Below, piece after piece: positions 1 to 8,884 of a DNA stretch of 24,000 nucleotides. This DNA comes from Candidatus Calditenuaceae archaeon HR02 (GTDB taxonomy: Archaea > Thermoproteota > Nitrososphaeria_A > Caldarchaeales > Calditenuaceae), in NCBI GenBank assembly GCA_002898395.1, contig BEHE01000002.1, forward strand, positions 46,394 to 70,393, read 5' to 3'. Position 1 is the stretch's first letter. Each line of letters opens with the position of its first letter. The translations under genes and the position numbers were made by a program. A model generated the notes under the pieces. The model did not search any database and was not told the origin of the DNA. It saw only the letters and a list, made by a program, of their open reading frames with translations.

Positions 1-419
1 TCGTCCATCAGGAGCTGAACACCAAACCCTGGATTCATCCCGTAGAAGATGTAGGCCTCGGGTTTTCCGTCATGTCTATGTGGGGGATAACTTGTCCACG
101 ATGCCCCAATACTCTCGGTATAGCCTGCCAGAAAACGGTCAACTGGGTCATCTTCACTAATCATCACCACTATGGTCCGCGCATAACAATCTTGGCCGGA
201 CTCTATCTTGGGTGCGTCATTAAACCTCTTTACGAACTGATTACTCCGAGCGAATCCCCGCGCCTCCGCTACGTAAATGTTTGCATCGCCCTCAGCCTGT
301 ATATCGAGTCCGACATCCCGCGGCGTGTAGATCATGTCTCTCACACGGAGCAGCTCGTTGTTCACAATTAGAGCGCCGTCGGTCGAGAAGACAATTCGTT
401 CATACTCAGCAGCCTCCAT
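1..419 (-). CDS. iolB: KduI/IolB-family cupin (5-deoxy-glucuronate isomerase-like). Only the 5' part is present; the gene runs off the left edge.
   Basis: It is absent from the supplied track because it has no stop codon inside the window. My reverse-strand translation from the ATG at 419..417 reads MEAAEYERIVFSTDGALIVNNELLRVRDMIYTPRDVGLDIQAEGDANIYVAEARGF...GASWTSYPPHRHDGKPEAYIFYGMNPGFGVQLLMD. The block W-x-SYPPH-[KR]-HD followed by E-x-Y is the metal-binding cupin signature I remember from IolB. A GGTGA SD-like box lies about 10 nt upstream of the ATG. The + strand ORFs 72..371 and 334..570 are antisense shadows. Confidence 0.7.
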   Translation of the reverse strand, partial: MEAAEYERIVFSTDGALIVNNELLRVRDMIYTPRDVGLDIQAEGDANIYVAEARGFARSNQFVKRFNDAPKIESGQDCYARTIVVMISEDDPVDRFLAGYTESIGASWTSYPPHRHDGKPEAYIFYGMNPGFGVQLLMD

Positions 420-556
420 GGAGTATTTCTCACCCCTTCTAGCCCTGACATGGTATAGGGCAAAATCACCTGTCGCAAATAATCTCTCTAAGGCGTTGCG
501 GGTTTCCCTTGCCCGTATCAGGCGCCCCCTCAACCTACAACACACCCACACAGCCC

Positions 557-1567
557 CTATTGAGAAGTAGGCTTGGTTATCTCGTCGATCCTTTTCAAGT
601 CGTCTGAAGAGAGCTTCACATCCACGGCCTGGAGATTCTCTTCAAGCTGCTCCGGCCTAGTTGATCCAATTATAGGTGCTGTGACTTCTGGCTGGTGGAG
701 TATCCACGCTAAACTGAGCTGAGCCAGCGTTATGCCTTTCTCCTTAGCCATCAAAGCGAGCTCGTTCACTATCTTGAGATTTCTCTCGGTGAGGAGGGGG
801 TTTACTGAGGTGCTATATGATGCTCTCGCATCACCCACTAGTCCCGCGAGGTATCGTCCAGCAAGTAGCCCCTGGGCTAGAGGGGAGTAGCATATGACGC
901 CTATACCAGTCTGCCTAACTAAGGGGAAGAGCTCTTTTTCAGCTTCGCGCTGGAGGAGGTTGTATAGTGGCTGGACACTTACGAATTTCACGATCCCAAG
1001 TCTCTCTGATACCGCGAGGGCCTGGGATATCTGCCAGGCCTGAAAGTTTGAGCAACCGACATAGTGAACGAGGCCAGCCCTGACTAGGTCGTCGAAAGTC
1101 CTCAATGTCTCTTCAAGAGATGTTGATGGGTCAAAGCCATGGGCCTGGTATAGGTCGATGTAGCTGGTCTGGAGTCTGGAGAGGCTATCCCTCAACGCCT
1201 TCATAACATGCTTTCTGGAGAGCCCCTCATCATTAGGGCCATTTCCCATGGGAAACCTGACCTTGGTAGCAATAACTAGTGACTCTCTATCGACCATCTG
1301 GAGGAATCTGCCCAGCAATCTCTCAGCATATCCCACATGGGTCACGGGAACCGGCGCCACGGCACCGTGATATCGGTTTGCGGTATCGATCGCGTTTATC
1401 CCCATATCGACTGCCTTTCTCCAAAGCTTGAGTGTTGCCTCCTCGTTGATCTTCCTCACACCATAGGTATCCACTTCGGGGAGCGTCGGGAGATACCATG
1501 TGCCGAGGACTAGGCATGAAATTTTTAGGCCGCTCCGTCCCAGCTGCCTATACTGGATTGGCATCAC
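557..1567 (-). CDS. Aldo/keto reductase family oxidoreductase
   Basis: A 336-aa ORF carrying the AKR catalytic-tetrad contexts: IDTANRYHG (D..Y), VIATKV (K) and LYQAHGFD (H). The second codon is an ATG at 1564 that overlaps the livF TGA by 1 nt (TGATG), and GGTGG sits just upstream. This indicates translational coupling to the transporter genes. Confidence 0.9.
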   Translation of the reverse strand: MMPIQYRQLGRSGLKISCLVLGTWYLPTLPEVDTYGVRKINEEATLKLWRKAVDMGINAIDTANRYHGAVAPVPVTHVGYAERLLGRFLQMVDRESLVIATKVRFPMGNGPNDEGLSRKHVMKALRDSLSRLQTSYIDLYQAHGFDPSTSLEETLRTFDDLVRAGLVHYVGCSNFQAWQISQALAVSERLGIVKFVSVQPLYNLLQREAEKELFPLVRQTGIGVICYSPLAQGLLAGRYLAGLVGDARASYSTSVNPLLTERNLKIVNELALMAKEKGITLAQLSLAWILHQPEVTAPIIGSTRPEQLEENLQAVDVKLSSDDLKRIDEITKPTSQ

Positions 1568-2277
1568 CCACCACCCAACCCCAGATACATTCGTCCAAGC
1601 TCCCTATTATTTAGGAGTTCGGAGGGGTCACCCTCAAAAAGTACTCGCCCCCCAACCAGTAGGACAGCGTGGTCTGAAAGCCTAAGAGCCTTAACCACGC
1701 TCTGCTCAGCAAGCAATACTGTGAATCCGTGATCGTCTCTCAGCCTCCTCACAACGTCGAGTACTGTATTCACCATTTTTGGTGAAAGGTTGGCTGTAGG
1801 CTCGTCCAGCATGACGACTTTGGGCCGCCTCATCAAGGCCATGCCGATAGAGAGCATCTGCCTCTCACCCCCGCTCAGACTTGAAGCCTTTCTATGAAGC
1901 ATCTTGTCGAGGAATGGGAAGAGCTGCAAAACCTCCTCGGTCCGCTTTCTCCTCTCGTCCTCGGGCAACATATACCCACTCATCAGGAGGTTCTCACGCA
2001 CAGTCAGGTTTAAGAAAAGGTTATTGATCTGGGGGAGATACGCTATCCCTAACCGCGCAATCTCGTGGGGAGGGCGGCCGGACAGCTCGGCGCCATCGAG
2101 CCTTATGGAGCCGTTGTAGATGCTGGCTTGCCCAAAGATTGTCTTGAGGAGCGTGCTCTTGCCACTACCATTAGGACCGAGTAGGGCCGTTATCTCACCA
2201 CGCCGCGCGCTCATAGAGACGTTAAATAGTATCTGAAGCCGCCCATAACCCGCGTCAAGACTCTTTACGGATATCAC
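1564..2277 (-). CDS. livF: ABC transporter ATP-binding protein, LivF type (branched-chain amino acid/HAAT family)
   Basis: A 237-aa ORF with Walker A GPNGSGKSTL, ABC signature LSGGERQML and Walker B VVMLDEP. It overlaps livG by 4 nt. Confidence 0.9.
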   Translation of the reverse strand: MISVKSLDAGYGRLQILFNVSMSARRGEITALLGPNGSGKSTLLKTIFGQASIYNGSIRLDGAELSGRPPHEIARLGIAYLPQINNLFLNLTVRENLLMSGYMLPEDERRKRTEEVLQLFPFLDKMLHRKASSLSGGERQMLSIGMALMRRPKVVMLDEPTANLSPKMVNTVLDVVRRLRDDHGFTVLLAEQSVVKALRLSDHAVLLVGGRVLFEGDPSELLNNRELGRMYLGLGGG

Positions 2278-3044
2278 GATAACTTTTCACCGAGATAGCT
2301 CTCAACCACCTCTGGGATTGTGAGCACCTGCTCGGGCGAGCCCTCCGCAATCAAGCGACCATTAAACATAGCCAAGACCTTGTCTGCATACTTCATGGCG
2401 AGGTCGAGTCTGTGCTCGACTATGAGGGCTGCGAGACCGACCTCCGAGACAACCTGCCTTATATGCGAAAGGACCGACTCGGCTATCACTGGGTTAAGTC
2501 CTGCCGTAGGCTCATCCATCAAGATAACCCTAGCCCCGCTCATCAGCAACCGGCCAAGCTCTAGGAGCTTCATCTGGCCGCCGCTCAACTTGCCTGCGGG
2601 CTGGTCCCTAAGCTTGTCCAACCCCACCAGCTCCAGAATCAGGAGAGCCCTCTCGGTTAGCTCCATCTCTCTCCGAATCCATCTACGCCTAATCGGTGCG
2701 ACTCGAATACTCTCACCCTCCGTAGCCCCCGCAGCCATCAAGACGTTATCAAGGACTGTTAAGCTGGGGAAATGCCGGGCTGTCTGAAAAGTTCTTACCA
2801 GACCTATGCCAAACCGCTCATGTGGTTTCAGATGGGTAATGTCCTTTCCATTCATAAGTATTCTGCCCCTGTCGGGGTAATAGTGGCCTGCAATGAGATT
2901 GATTAGGGTGCTTTTCCCGCTACCGTTAGGCCCAATTAGAAGAGTGAAAACCCCCCTCTTGAGGGAGAGATCTACGCCATCCACCGCGCATACTCCCCCA
3001 AACCTCTTTTCCAGTCCTAGACATTTCACTAGTCCGTCGTCCAA
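2274..3044 (-). CDS. livG: ABC transporter ATP-binding protein, LivG type
   Basis: A 256-aa ORF with a TTG start. It has Walker A GPNGSGKSTL, signature LSGGQMKLLELGR, Walker B ILMDEP and the LivG-like C-terminal extension. Confidence 0.9.
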   Translation of the reverse strand: MDDGLVKCLGLEKRFGGVCAVDGVDLSLKRGVFTLLIGPNGSGKSTLINLIAGHYYPDRGRILMNGKDITHLKPHERFGIGLVRTFQTARHFPSLTVLDNVLMAAGATEGESIRVAPIRRRWIRREMELTERALLILELVGLDKLRDQPAGKLSGGQMKLLELGRLLMSGARVILMDEPTAGLNPVIAESVLSHIRQVVSEVGLAALIVEHRLDLAMKYADKVLAMFNGRLIAEGSPEQVLTIPEVVESYLGEKLS

Positions 3045-3051
3045 TTCCTTT

Positions 3052-3065
3052 AAAAATCATAAAAA
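3052..3065 (-). terminator. Possible intra-operon T-tract attenuator/terminator after the binding-protein gene
   Basis: The reverse strand reads ggattaTTTTTatgaTTTTTaaagg directly after the stop at 3076..3078. Runs of five or more T are the usual archaeal termination signal. The next start (TTG at 3044) is only about 8 nt further on, so any termination must be partial. Confidence 0.3.
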
Positions 3066-3075
3066 TAATCCAAAT

Positions 3076-4542
3076 TTAAGTGTATTTCCCTTCGTATCCG
3101 GGCGCCCAGGCTACACTGTCTGTGGATGCCCTGTATGTGCCGACGATCTTCCATTCGTACTTGTCGCCAACCTTTTCAATAGCCCAGACATCGTAGTCTC
3201 CACCAACCCTATCACCGCTCTCGTTCAGTATCGTCCACCCCGATGCCCCGAAGTATTGGCTACTTATGAGAGGGAGGACCCCCTTGACCGCAGTTGTATC
3301 GTATTTGTCCACAGCAAGTATCGATAGCGCTAAGACCCAGAGAATGTCATATATCGTGTATGTATAGGTATCGGGCTCCCTACCATAGACCTGTTTAACC
3401 CTCTCTCTAACCCGTTCGAATATATCACTAGTCGTTGCCGCATAGATTGTGTGGAGGAATTTCGTGTCTACGTTGAACTGAGCCGATGTAGCGTCTTTTT
3501 GTATGTCGCCTGAGCCTGCCGTGCCGTCGCTTCCAAACCATCTAACGGAGCGCAAGACGTCGCGCTTAGCCGCCTCCTGCAGGATTAATACGGCCTCCTC
3601 AAAGGAGATTAAGTGAACAGCCACTGCCCCTTGCCCGTACTTTGAAATCGCATCTCTAACCTTACTCTCAAGCGTGGCGATTTCGGTGGCAAACTCCTTG
3701 GCGTCCGGGTTATACCTTATCCCAGAGTCTACTGCCCCGCCTAACCTCTTGAAGGCATTCTCAGTAGCCGTCTTGAGACCATCACCGTATGTGTCTCCCC
3801 TCCAGATAGGCACATAGAATTTGATACCAGCATTCCACATTAGACGGGCAAGTGCTGGACCCTGCTTCCTATCGTCGGGTATGAATCTAAATATATTGTC
3901 GCCGGGTACGGCCAAGTCGACCGCCGTAGAGGACTGGCTGACGACTAGTATGTTGTTCTCGTCAGCGTATGTCTTCAGGTTTCTTACCTCACGGCTGCTT
4001 AATGGGCCGGCAACCATCTTCACTCCGCGGGCGGCTAGAGCCTGCAGCTTTGCGAGAGCCTGCTCAGGCTGCGTTGCAGTGTCCTCAATCTCTAAGACAA
4101 CCCTGAGGTTAATGCCGCGCTTTGAAAGCCAAGCATTAATATCGTCTCTGGCGAGCTCTAGAGCGGTCCGGTGATTTTCACCGAATGTCCTCAGGTCGCC
4201 CGAGAGGCTGAGCAGCGCGCCAATCCTAATCTCCCCACTAAGTGTCACCGCCTTGTCCGCTAGCGAGGCTGGGATATAGGGAAGCCCGTCTCCGAGCTTG
4301 ACCACCGACTGCTCGAGAAGAGAAGGCAGTGGGCCGACGGCTTGAGGCGGCTGACCCACAGTGGTGGTTAGCGTTCTCTCCTGAACAACAGTTCTCTGCT
4401 GTACAACAGTCGTCGTCAGTGTGGCTGGAGGGCTGAGGGAGGGCCCTAGAAAGATTCCTATAACGCCACCCACTACCAGCCCGACTACAAGCAATCCGAT
4501 GGCTGCTGCGGTTGAAATCGCGCGTATACTGGACTTGTTCAT
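3076..4542 (-). CDS. livK: LIV-type (Peripla_BP_6-like) ABC substrate-binding protein with an N-terminal membrane anchor and a Thr/Val/Gln-rich linker
   Basis: A 488-aa ORF with an N-terminal hydrophobic helix (AAAIGLLVVGLVVGGVIGIFLG) and then the linker TLTTTVVQQRTVVQERTLTTTVGQPP. The body resembles type-I periplasmic binding proteins (IGALLSLSGDL..., VAGPLSS). Gene context is livGF downstream and livHM divergent. Confidence 0.85.
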   Translation of the reverse strand: MNKSSIRAISTAAAIGLLVVGLVVGGVIGIFLGPSLSPPATLTTTVVQQRTVVQERTLTTTVGQPPQAVGPLPSLLEQSVVKLGDGLPYIPASLADKAVTLSGEIRIGALLSLSGDLRTFGENHRTALELARDDINAWLSKRGINLRVVLEIEDTATQPEQALAKLQALAARGVKMVAGPLSSREVRNLKTYADENNILVVSQSSTAVDLAVPGDNIFRFIPDDRKQGPALARLMWNAGIKFYVPIWRGDTYGDGLKTATENAFKRLGGAVDSGIRYNPDAKEFATEIATLESKVRDAISKYGQGAVAVHLISFEEAVLILQEAAKRDVLRSVRWFGSDGTAGSGDIQKDATSAQFNVDTKFLHTIYAATTSDIFERVRERVKQVYGREPDTYTYTIYDILWVLALSILAVDKYDTTAVKGVLPLISSQYFGASGWTILNESGDRVGGDYDVWAIEKVGDKYEWKIVGTYRASTDSVAWAPGYEGKYT

Positions 4543-4615
4543 TGTAAGTGTTTATACGAGGCTTACAGTATATAAACTTTAAATTGAGATACTTAACATC
4601 GATCGTATAAGCCCC
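4543..4615. promoter_or_regulatory. Divergent promoter region between the binding-protein operon and livHM
   Basis: This is a 73-bp A+T-rich spacer with back-to-back TATA-like boxes. gtatataaa (4568..4576) lies about 26-34 nt from the reverse-strand ATG at 4542. tttaaatt (4578..4585) lies about 31-38 nt from the TTG at 4616. There is also a 6-bp inverted repeat, TGTAAG (4543..4548) and CTTACA (4562..4567). Confidence 0.5.
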
Positions 4616-5530
4616 TTGGTCGACCCAGCTTTAGTGAATACGCTAGTTTTCTCAGGGATAGCTGCCATGTCAAGCGTGGGCTTGACCCTCACCTATCTAA
4701 CCACCCGCGTCCCCAACTTCGCCCACGGATCATTCCTCACGGTTGGGGCCTACGTGGCCGTCTACTGGGCCCAAATACTACAGAGGAGCCCCTATGAGGT
4801 TGTCTGGGCCTCTGCACTTTTGAGCGGATTGGTCTCAGTTACGCAATACAAAGTTGTCCTAAACCCCCTCAGGAGGAGGGGGGCTTCACCGACCTATCAG
4901 ATGATTGCGACCTTGACCGTTGCTTTCTTCATCTTTGGAGTAATGAGTATTTTGGCCGACTATTTCGGAAGGACCTACAAGGTAAGGACAAGCTATATTG
5001 CCCTTAGAGCATTCGATCCGGAGATAATGTCTATTCCTCTGGTCACGCTATTATCACTTGCGTCGGTCATCCTATCCACAATCCTCCTCTACATATTCCT
5101 AAACAAAACAAGGACTGGCGTAGCTCTGAGAGCGTCAATCGAGAATCCAGAACTCGCCCAAGTATTGGGAATCAACATCGAGAGAATGTACATGCTGGCA
5201 TGGTTTATCGCGGGCTCGTTGGGAGGATTCGCCGGTCTAATGTATGCCATGTGGCTCCCAGTCACAACCACGGCGGGCGACGAGTTTCTACCCACGATAT
5301 TCGCATCCAGCATCCTCGGCGGGCTGTCCAGCATATTCGGTTCTCTAGCTGGCGGGATACTGGTGGGGGCGGCAAACTCTCTGATACCGCAGATGATAGC
5401 CGCGTTGGGTTTCACGGAGATAATACAGTATCGGCCGATCATACCGCTCCTGATAATGTCTATAGTCCTGCTGACGGTGCCCGAGGGAATAACGTCCTTG
5501 GCTATGAAGTGGGTGAGGTCCTCGAGATGA
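4616..5530 (+). CDS. livH: Branched-chain amino acid-type ABC permease, LivH type
   Basis: A 304-aa polytopic membrane protein with a TTG start. The N-terminus LVNTLVFSGIAAMSSVGLTLTY fits the LivH pattern. It sits directly upstream of the livM-type gene with an ATGA overlap. Confidence 0.85.
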   Translation: MVDPALVNTLVFSGIAAMSSVGLTLTYLTTRVPNFAHGSFLTVGAYVAVYWAQILQRSPYEVVWASALLSGLVSVTQYKVVLNPLRRRGASPTYQMIATLTVAFFIFGVMSILADYFGRTYKVRTSYIALRAFDPEIMSIPLVTLLSLASVILSTILLYIFLNKTRTGVALRASIENPELAQVLGINIERMYMLAWFIAGSLGGFAGLMYAMWLPVTTTAGDEFLPTIFASSILGGLSSIFGSLAGGILVGAANSLIPQMIAALGFTEIIQYRPIIPLLIMSIVLLTVPEGITSLAMKWVRSSR

Positions 5531-6615
5531 TCTCTTTAGACCAATTGATTAGATTTGTTCTGGATCTCGCACCCTGGGTAGCGGCCTACCTCGTGATATC
5601 TCTAAGCCTCAACCTCGAGTATGGGTTTGGGGGGATTCCTAACTTCGGTAAAGTGCTTTGCGTTTCAGGTGGAGCGTTTCTTGTCGGCGCAATCCCTGGA
5701 CAGCTGATAGCAGCACTCTATAACTTGGGGGAGGGACTGAACTATTTCGATAACCACGCTCAGATTATGCCGAAGATAAACGACGTCCTCGCGAGAGATC
5801 CTATCCTCTCAACCGCCTTACTGATCTTTACACTGATTGCAACCATGCTCGTAGGTGCTGGTCTTGGACTCGTCTCGAGCATACCCTCAGTGAGGCTAAG
5901 AGAAGAGTATCTGGCAATGACACTTTTAGCTATGGGCGAGATCCTCATACTTATTGGCGACAATTATAAGAGTCTCATAGGTGGGACTTTAGGAGTCTTT
6001 GTCCCCAGCTTCCTTGGATGGATACCTGTCCCAACTAGGAGTTATGTACTAACAGCGTTACTGGTGGGCATAGCCGTGCTGGTTTTCATCTTTGTCGAGC
6101 TATTGACAAAGTCTCCGTATGGTAGGCTTCTCAAGTCGATAAGGGATGACGAGGTGCTAGCCCAAGCACTCGGGCGCGACGTTGTTAGCGTTAAGAGGAA
6201 AACAATAATTCTTGCAGGCGCTCTTGCAGGCTTGGCCGGTGCCATGCTTGCACTCACCACAGGTGCTGTTAATGCTAAGAATTACAGTAGGGCTAACCAC
6301 ACCTTCATCCCATGGGTGATGGTTCTGGTTGGTGGCGCCGCGAATAACTGGGGAACGGCCCTTGGCGTCATTGTGTTTATGGCCTCTTCGCGCCTGATTG
6401 ATGTCTTCAAGAGAGAGCTACAGCTTTATCTCCCATTTGACGTGGTCTGGCTGACACCGCTCCTACTCAGTACGACACTTCTCATAGTAATGTTCTTCAG
6501 GCCAGGTGGGATAATACCTGAGAGCCGGGCGCAAACGCTTAAGCCAGAAGAGCTGGATTCACTTAAAACAGGCCTGAGACAACATCCTGACCGTACACGA
6601 GAGCTAAAAGCCTAG
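5527..6615 (+). CDS. livM: Branched-chain amino acid-type ABC permease, LivM type
   Basis: The track ORF 5200..6615 is trimmed to the ATG at 5527, which overlaps the livH stop (ATGA). From that point the protein is hydrophobic (MISLDQLIRFVLDLAPWVAAYLVISLSLNLEYGFGGIPNFGK...), which is typical of LivM. Confidence 0.85.
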   Translation: MISLDQLIRFVLDLAPWVAAYLVISLSLNLEYGFGGIPNFGKVLCVSGGAFLVGAIPGQLIAALYNLGEGLNYFDNHAQIMPKINDVLARDPILSTALLIFTLIATMLVGAGLGLVSSIPSVRLREEYLAMTLLAMGEILILIGDNYKSLIGGTLGVFVPSFLGWIPVPTRSYVLTALLVGIAVLVFIFVELLTKSPYGRLLKSIRDDEVLAQALGRDVVSVKRKTIILAGALAGLAGAMLALTTGAVNAKNYSRANHTFIPWVMVLVGGAANNWGTALGVIVFMASSRLIDVFKRELQLYLPFDVVWLTPLLLSTTLLIVMFFRPGGIIPESRAQTLKPEELDSLKTGLRQHPDRTRELKA

Positions 6616-6664
6616 GCTGGGGAGTCATCTTAATAACATGCCACCCTCAGCATCGGAGTAGGGA

Positions 6665-6910
6665 TTGGGAAAGATACGCACTAGGAAGGTCAAGGTTCTC
6701 GCTGCCGAGATACTTGAACACTACCCTGACAGGGTTAAGCCAGATTTCCAGCAAAATAAGCTCCTAGTTCAGGAGGTATTGGAGGGAACAGTCTCTCAGA
6801 GGCTGATAAACAAGGTAGCCGGCTACCTTACTACACTCGTGAAGAGGAGGCTCAAGGAGGGTGAGGTACAGGAGGAGGCGGTAGAGGCTACGGGCGGGGT
6901 TAACGCTTAA
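6665..6910 (+). CDS. rps17e: 30S ribosomal protein S17e (eS17)
   Basis: An 81-aa ORF with a TTG start. MGKIRTRKVKVLAAEILEHYPDRVKPDFQQNKLLV matches the conserved eS17 N-terminus. Confidence 0.9.
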   Translation: MGKIRTRKVKVLAAEILEHYPDRVKPDFQQNKLLVQEVLEGTVSQRLINKVAGYLTTLVKRRLKEGEVQEEAVEATGGVNA

Positions 6911-6955
6911 TATTTAGCAGCGGAGCAATCCGTTAAGGGGGCTCTAGATAGTATA

Positions 6956-8068
6956 ATGGGGATTACAGGCAGAAAGAAAGACCACATAAGAATAGTGCTT
7001 GAGAGCATGTCGGTACAGAGGGGCAGTAACTGGCTCGAATATGTGCACATAATTCCAAGAGCGGCGCCAGACATTAATGTCGAAGAGGTCGACGTAACTG
7101 CCACTTTCCTCGGGAAGCGATTTTCAGCACCTATATTAATTGAGGGGATGACGGGCGGTACTGATGAGGCTGCCAAGATAAATGCAACTCTGGCGGAGGC
7201 TGCAGAAAGTGCGGGAATCCCGATGGGCGTTGGGAGCCAGAGAGCTGGGATTGCTAGCCCTGAGCTCCGCTATACGTTCAGGGCCGCCCGTGAGGCAGGC
7301 CCAGATTTATTCCTGATAGCGAATATAGGGGCGGCGCAGCTGGCACAGCACGGGGTACACTCTGCATGGGAGGCGGTTAAAATGATCGACGCAAACGCCA
7401 TAGCAATACACGTGAACACCCTCCAGGAGATTATACAGCCTGAGGGGGATAGAAGGTTTAAAGGGTTTCTAGCGCAGATTCGCAGACTATGCGGCGAGAT
7501 TGGGATACCCGTGATAATTAAGGAGGTGGGTTGTGGGATCTCCTTCGAGGACGCTGTCATACTCCGCGAACTTGGGGTCTCGGCGGTTGATGTGGCGGGT
7601 AGAGGTGGGACAAGCTGGGTGGAGATAGAGAGGATGAGGGCGGTTGAGGCAGGGAGGCTTGACAGAGCCCAGTTGGCGGAGGTATTTCAGGACTGGGGAA
7701 TACCCACCGCTGCCTCTGTCCTAGAGGTGGCACAGGTTGACGGCCTCGAGATAGTTGGCTCCGGCGGTATAAGAAATGGCCTCGAGATCGCCAAACTACT
7801 TCTTCTAGGTGCAAATATGGGAGGAATGGCCATGCCCTTCCTGAGGGCAGCTGTTCAGGGGGTTGGGGAAGTTGAGAATCTGATTAAGCGTCTAAAAGAG
7901 GAGCTGAGAGTAACCCTCGCGCTTTGTGGCGCCTCCAACATAACCGAGTTCAAAAAAAAGACCAGTTACATCTTAACTGGCCCACTAAAAGAGTGGAGAG
8001 ACCAGCGAATCGCAGGCAGAGCAGGGAAGAACCAGCGGCACAGCTCACACCATGAGCGGCAACCTTAG
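6956..8068 (+). CDS. fni: Isopentenyl-diphosphate delta-isomerase, type 2 (FMN-dependent)
   Basis: A 370-aa ORF. RKKDHIRI, APILIEGMTGG, VIIKEVGCG and GSGGIRNGLEIAKLLLLGA are the type-2 IDI / FMN TIM-barrel motifs. Confidence 0.9.
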   Translation: MGITGRKKDHIRIVLESMSVQRGSNWLEYVHIIPRAAPDINVEEVDVTATFLGKRFSAPILIEGMTGGTDEAAKINATLAEAAESAGIPMGVGSQRAGIASPELRYTFRAAREAGPDLFLIANIGAAQLAQHGVHSAWEAVKMIDANAIAIHVNTLQEIIQPEGDRRFKGFLAQIRRLCGEIGIPVIIKEVGCGISFEDAVILRELGVSAVDVAGRGGTSWVEIERMRAVEAGRLDRAQLAEVFQDWGIPTAASVLEVAQVDGLEIVGSGGIRNGLEIAKLLLLGANMGGMAMPFLRAAVQGVGEVENLIKRLKEELRVTLALCGASNITEFKKKTSYILTGPLKEWRDQRIAGRAGKNQRHSSHHERQP

Positions 8069-8884
8069 ATGATAAAGGATATAGAGAATGATTGCCACAG
8101 CAACGTAAGAAGCCCACGCCTTAAAGGATGTCGTAATTATTTTCAAACCGTCAAGGGGGCCTAGTGGAATAAGGTTTATCAGACCCATCAATACGTTCAA
8201 ATGCCCGACCAGGAGCAGAGCTATAGAGAGGCCAATGTTAAACAATCCGAGGAGCGAGTAGGTTATGTAGATGACGGGCAGCAGTACTGCAGCAATAACC
8301 AGATTAACGATGGGGCCCGCAGCGGCGATCTTGGCAACGCCACGTTGAGTGGCGTAGCCGAAGATTATGACTGCTCCCGGAGCTATGAATTTGAAGGGTA
8401 GTAGTATTGATATTAGGCTTATAATCGAGCCGAATAGATTCAACCTAAACCTTGCCCAGTGCCCCTGCCTAACCGCCTCGAACTTATGGGCCAGCTCGTG
8501 GGCTATGAAAGAGGCCACAACAGCCGCAACCACACCAGCTGAGAGAGGAATCCCCCACAACATGGCTAGAGGATAGATCAGCGAGAAAGCCACGCCGGCC
8601 ACGATGCAGGAGCCTGCAAAGAGGTGTAGAGCCTCAGAGCCTTTCTCCATAGCTGTGAGCTTGGAAAAGAGCATCTCGGTCTTCACCGCAAGCATGGTGG
8701 CAGACCTAGGGGAGCCGCCTTGAGACCTGGCCTCCCTCTTCTCAATCTCAATCAAGTTACGCGCAAGGTACAATGAGCGACACTCATGGGCCTCGGGGAG
8801 CCTATGCTTAGAGCAGAAATAGTCCCCACAGTAGGCACACTTGAAGGGTAGTACCTCCTCGGCGCCGCATTTACTGCAACGCAT
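8045..8884 (-). CDS. AN1-type zinc finger fused to an M50/S2P-like intramembrane metalloprotease
   Basis: A 279-aa ORF. The N-terminus is C-x2-C-x9-C-x2-C-x4-C-x2-H-x5-H-x-C (CSKCGAEEVLPFKCAYCGDYFCSKHRLPEAHEC), an exact AN1 spacing. The membrane body carries HELAH (HExxH) and NLIPLGPLDG (NxxPxxxxDG). It overlaps the fni 3' end convergently by 24 nt. Confidence 0.85.
   Translation of the reverse strand: MRCSKCGAEEVLPFKCAYCGDYFCSKHRLPEAHECRSLYLARNLIEIEKREARSQGGSPRSATMLAVKTEMLFSKLTAMEKGSEALHLFAGSCIVAGVAFSLIYPLAMLWGIPLSAGVVAAVVASFIAHELAHKFEAVRQGHWARFRLNLFGSIISLISILLPFKFIAPGAVIIFGYATQRGVAKIAAAGPIVNLVIAAVLLPVIYITYSLLGLFNIGLSIALLLVGHLNVLMGLINLIPLGPLDGLKIITTSFKAWASYVAVAIILYILYHLRLPLMV

Noticed and set aside
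72-570. The + strand ORFs 72..371 and 334..570
   Set aside because: The first lies antisense to a much better reverse-strand reading frame, the IolB-like cupin with its SYPPHRHD motif and SD box. The second spans the cupin start and the spacer. Both have low-complexity, motif-free translations.
4345-4422. A near-repeat TLTTTV...TLTTTV in the binding protein
   Set aside because: It is a low-complexity Thr/Val/Gln linker between the membrane anchor and the ligand-binding domain. Such linkers are a common, probably glycosylated feature of archaeal solute-binding proteins and do not represent a separate element.
5200-5526. A 5' extension of the livM-type ORF (track ORF 5200..6615) that overlaps livH in another frame
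   Set aside because: The extension translates to Arg/Gly/His-rich non-membrane sequence (MVYRGLVGRIRRSNVCHVAPSHNHGGRRVSTH...). The livH frame over the same bases is a coherent permease. The ATG at 5527 overlaps the livH stop (ATGA), and the hydrophobic LivM body starts there.
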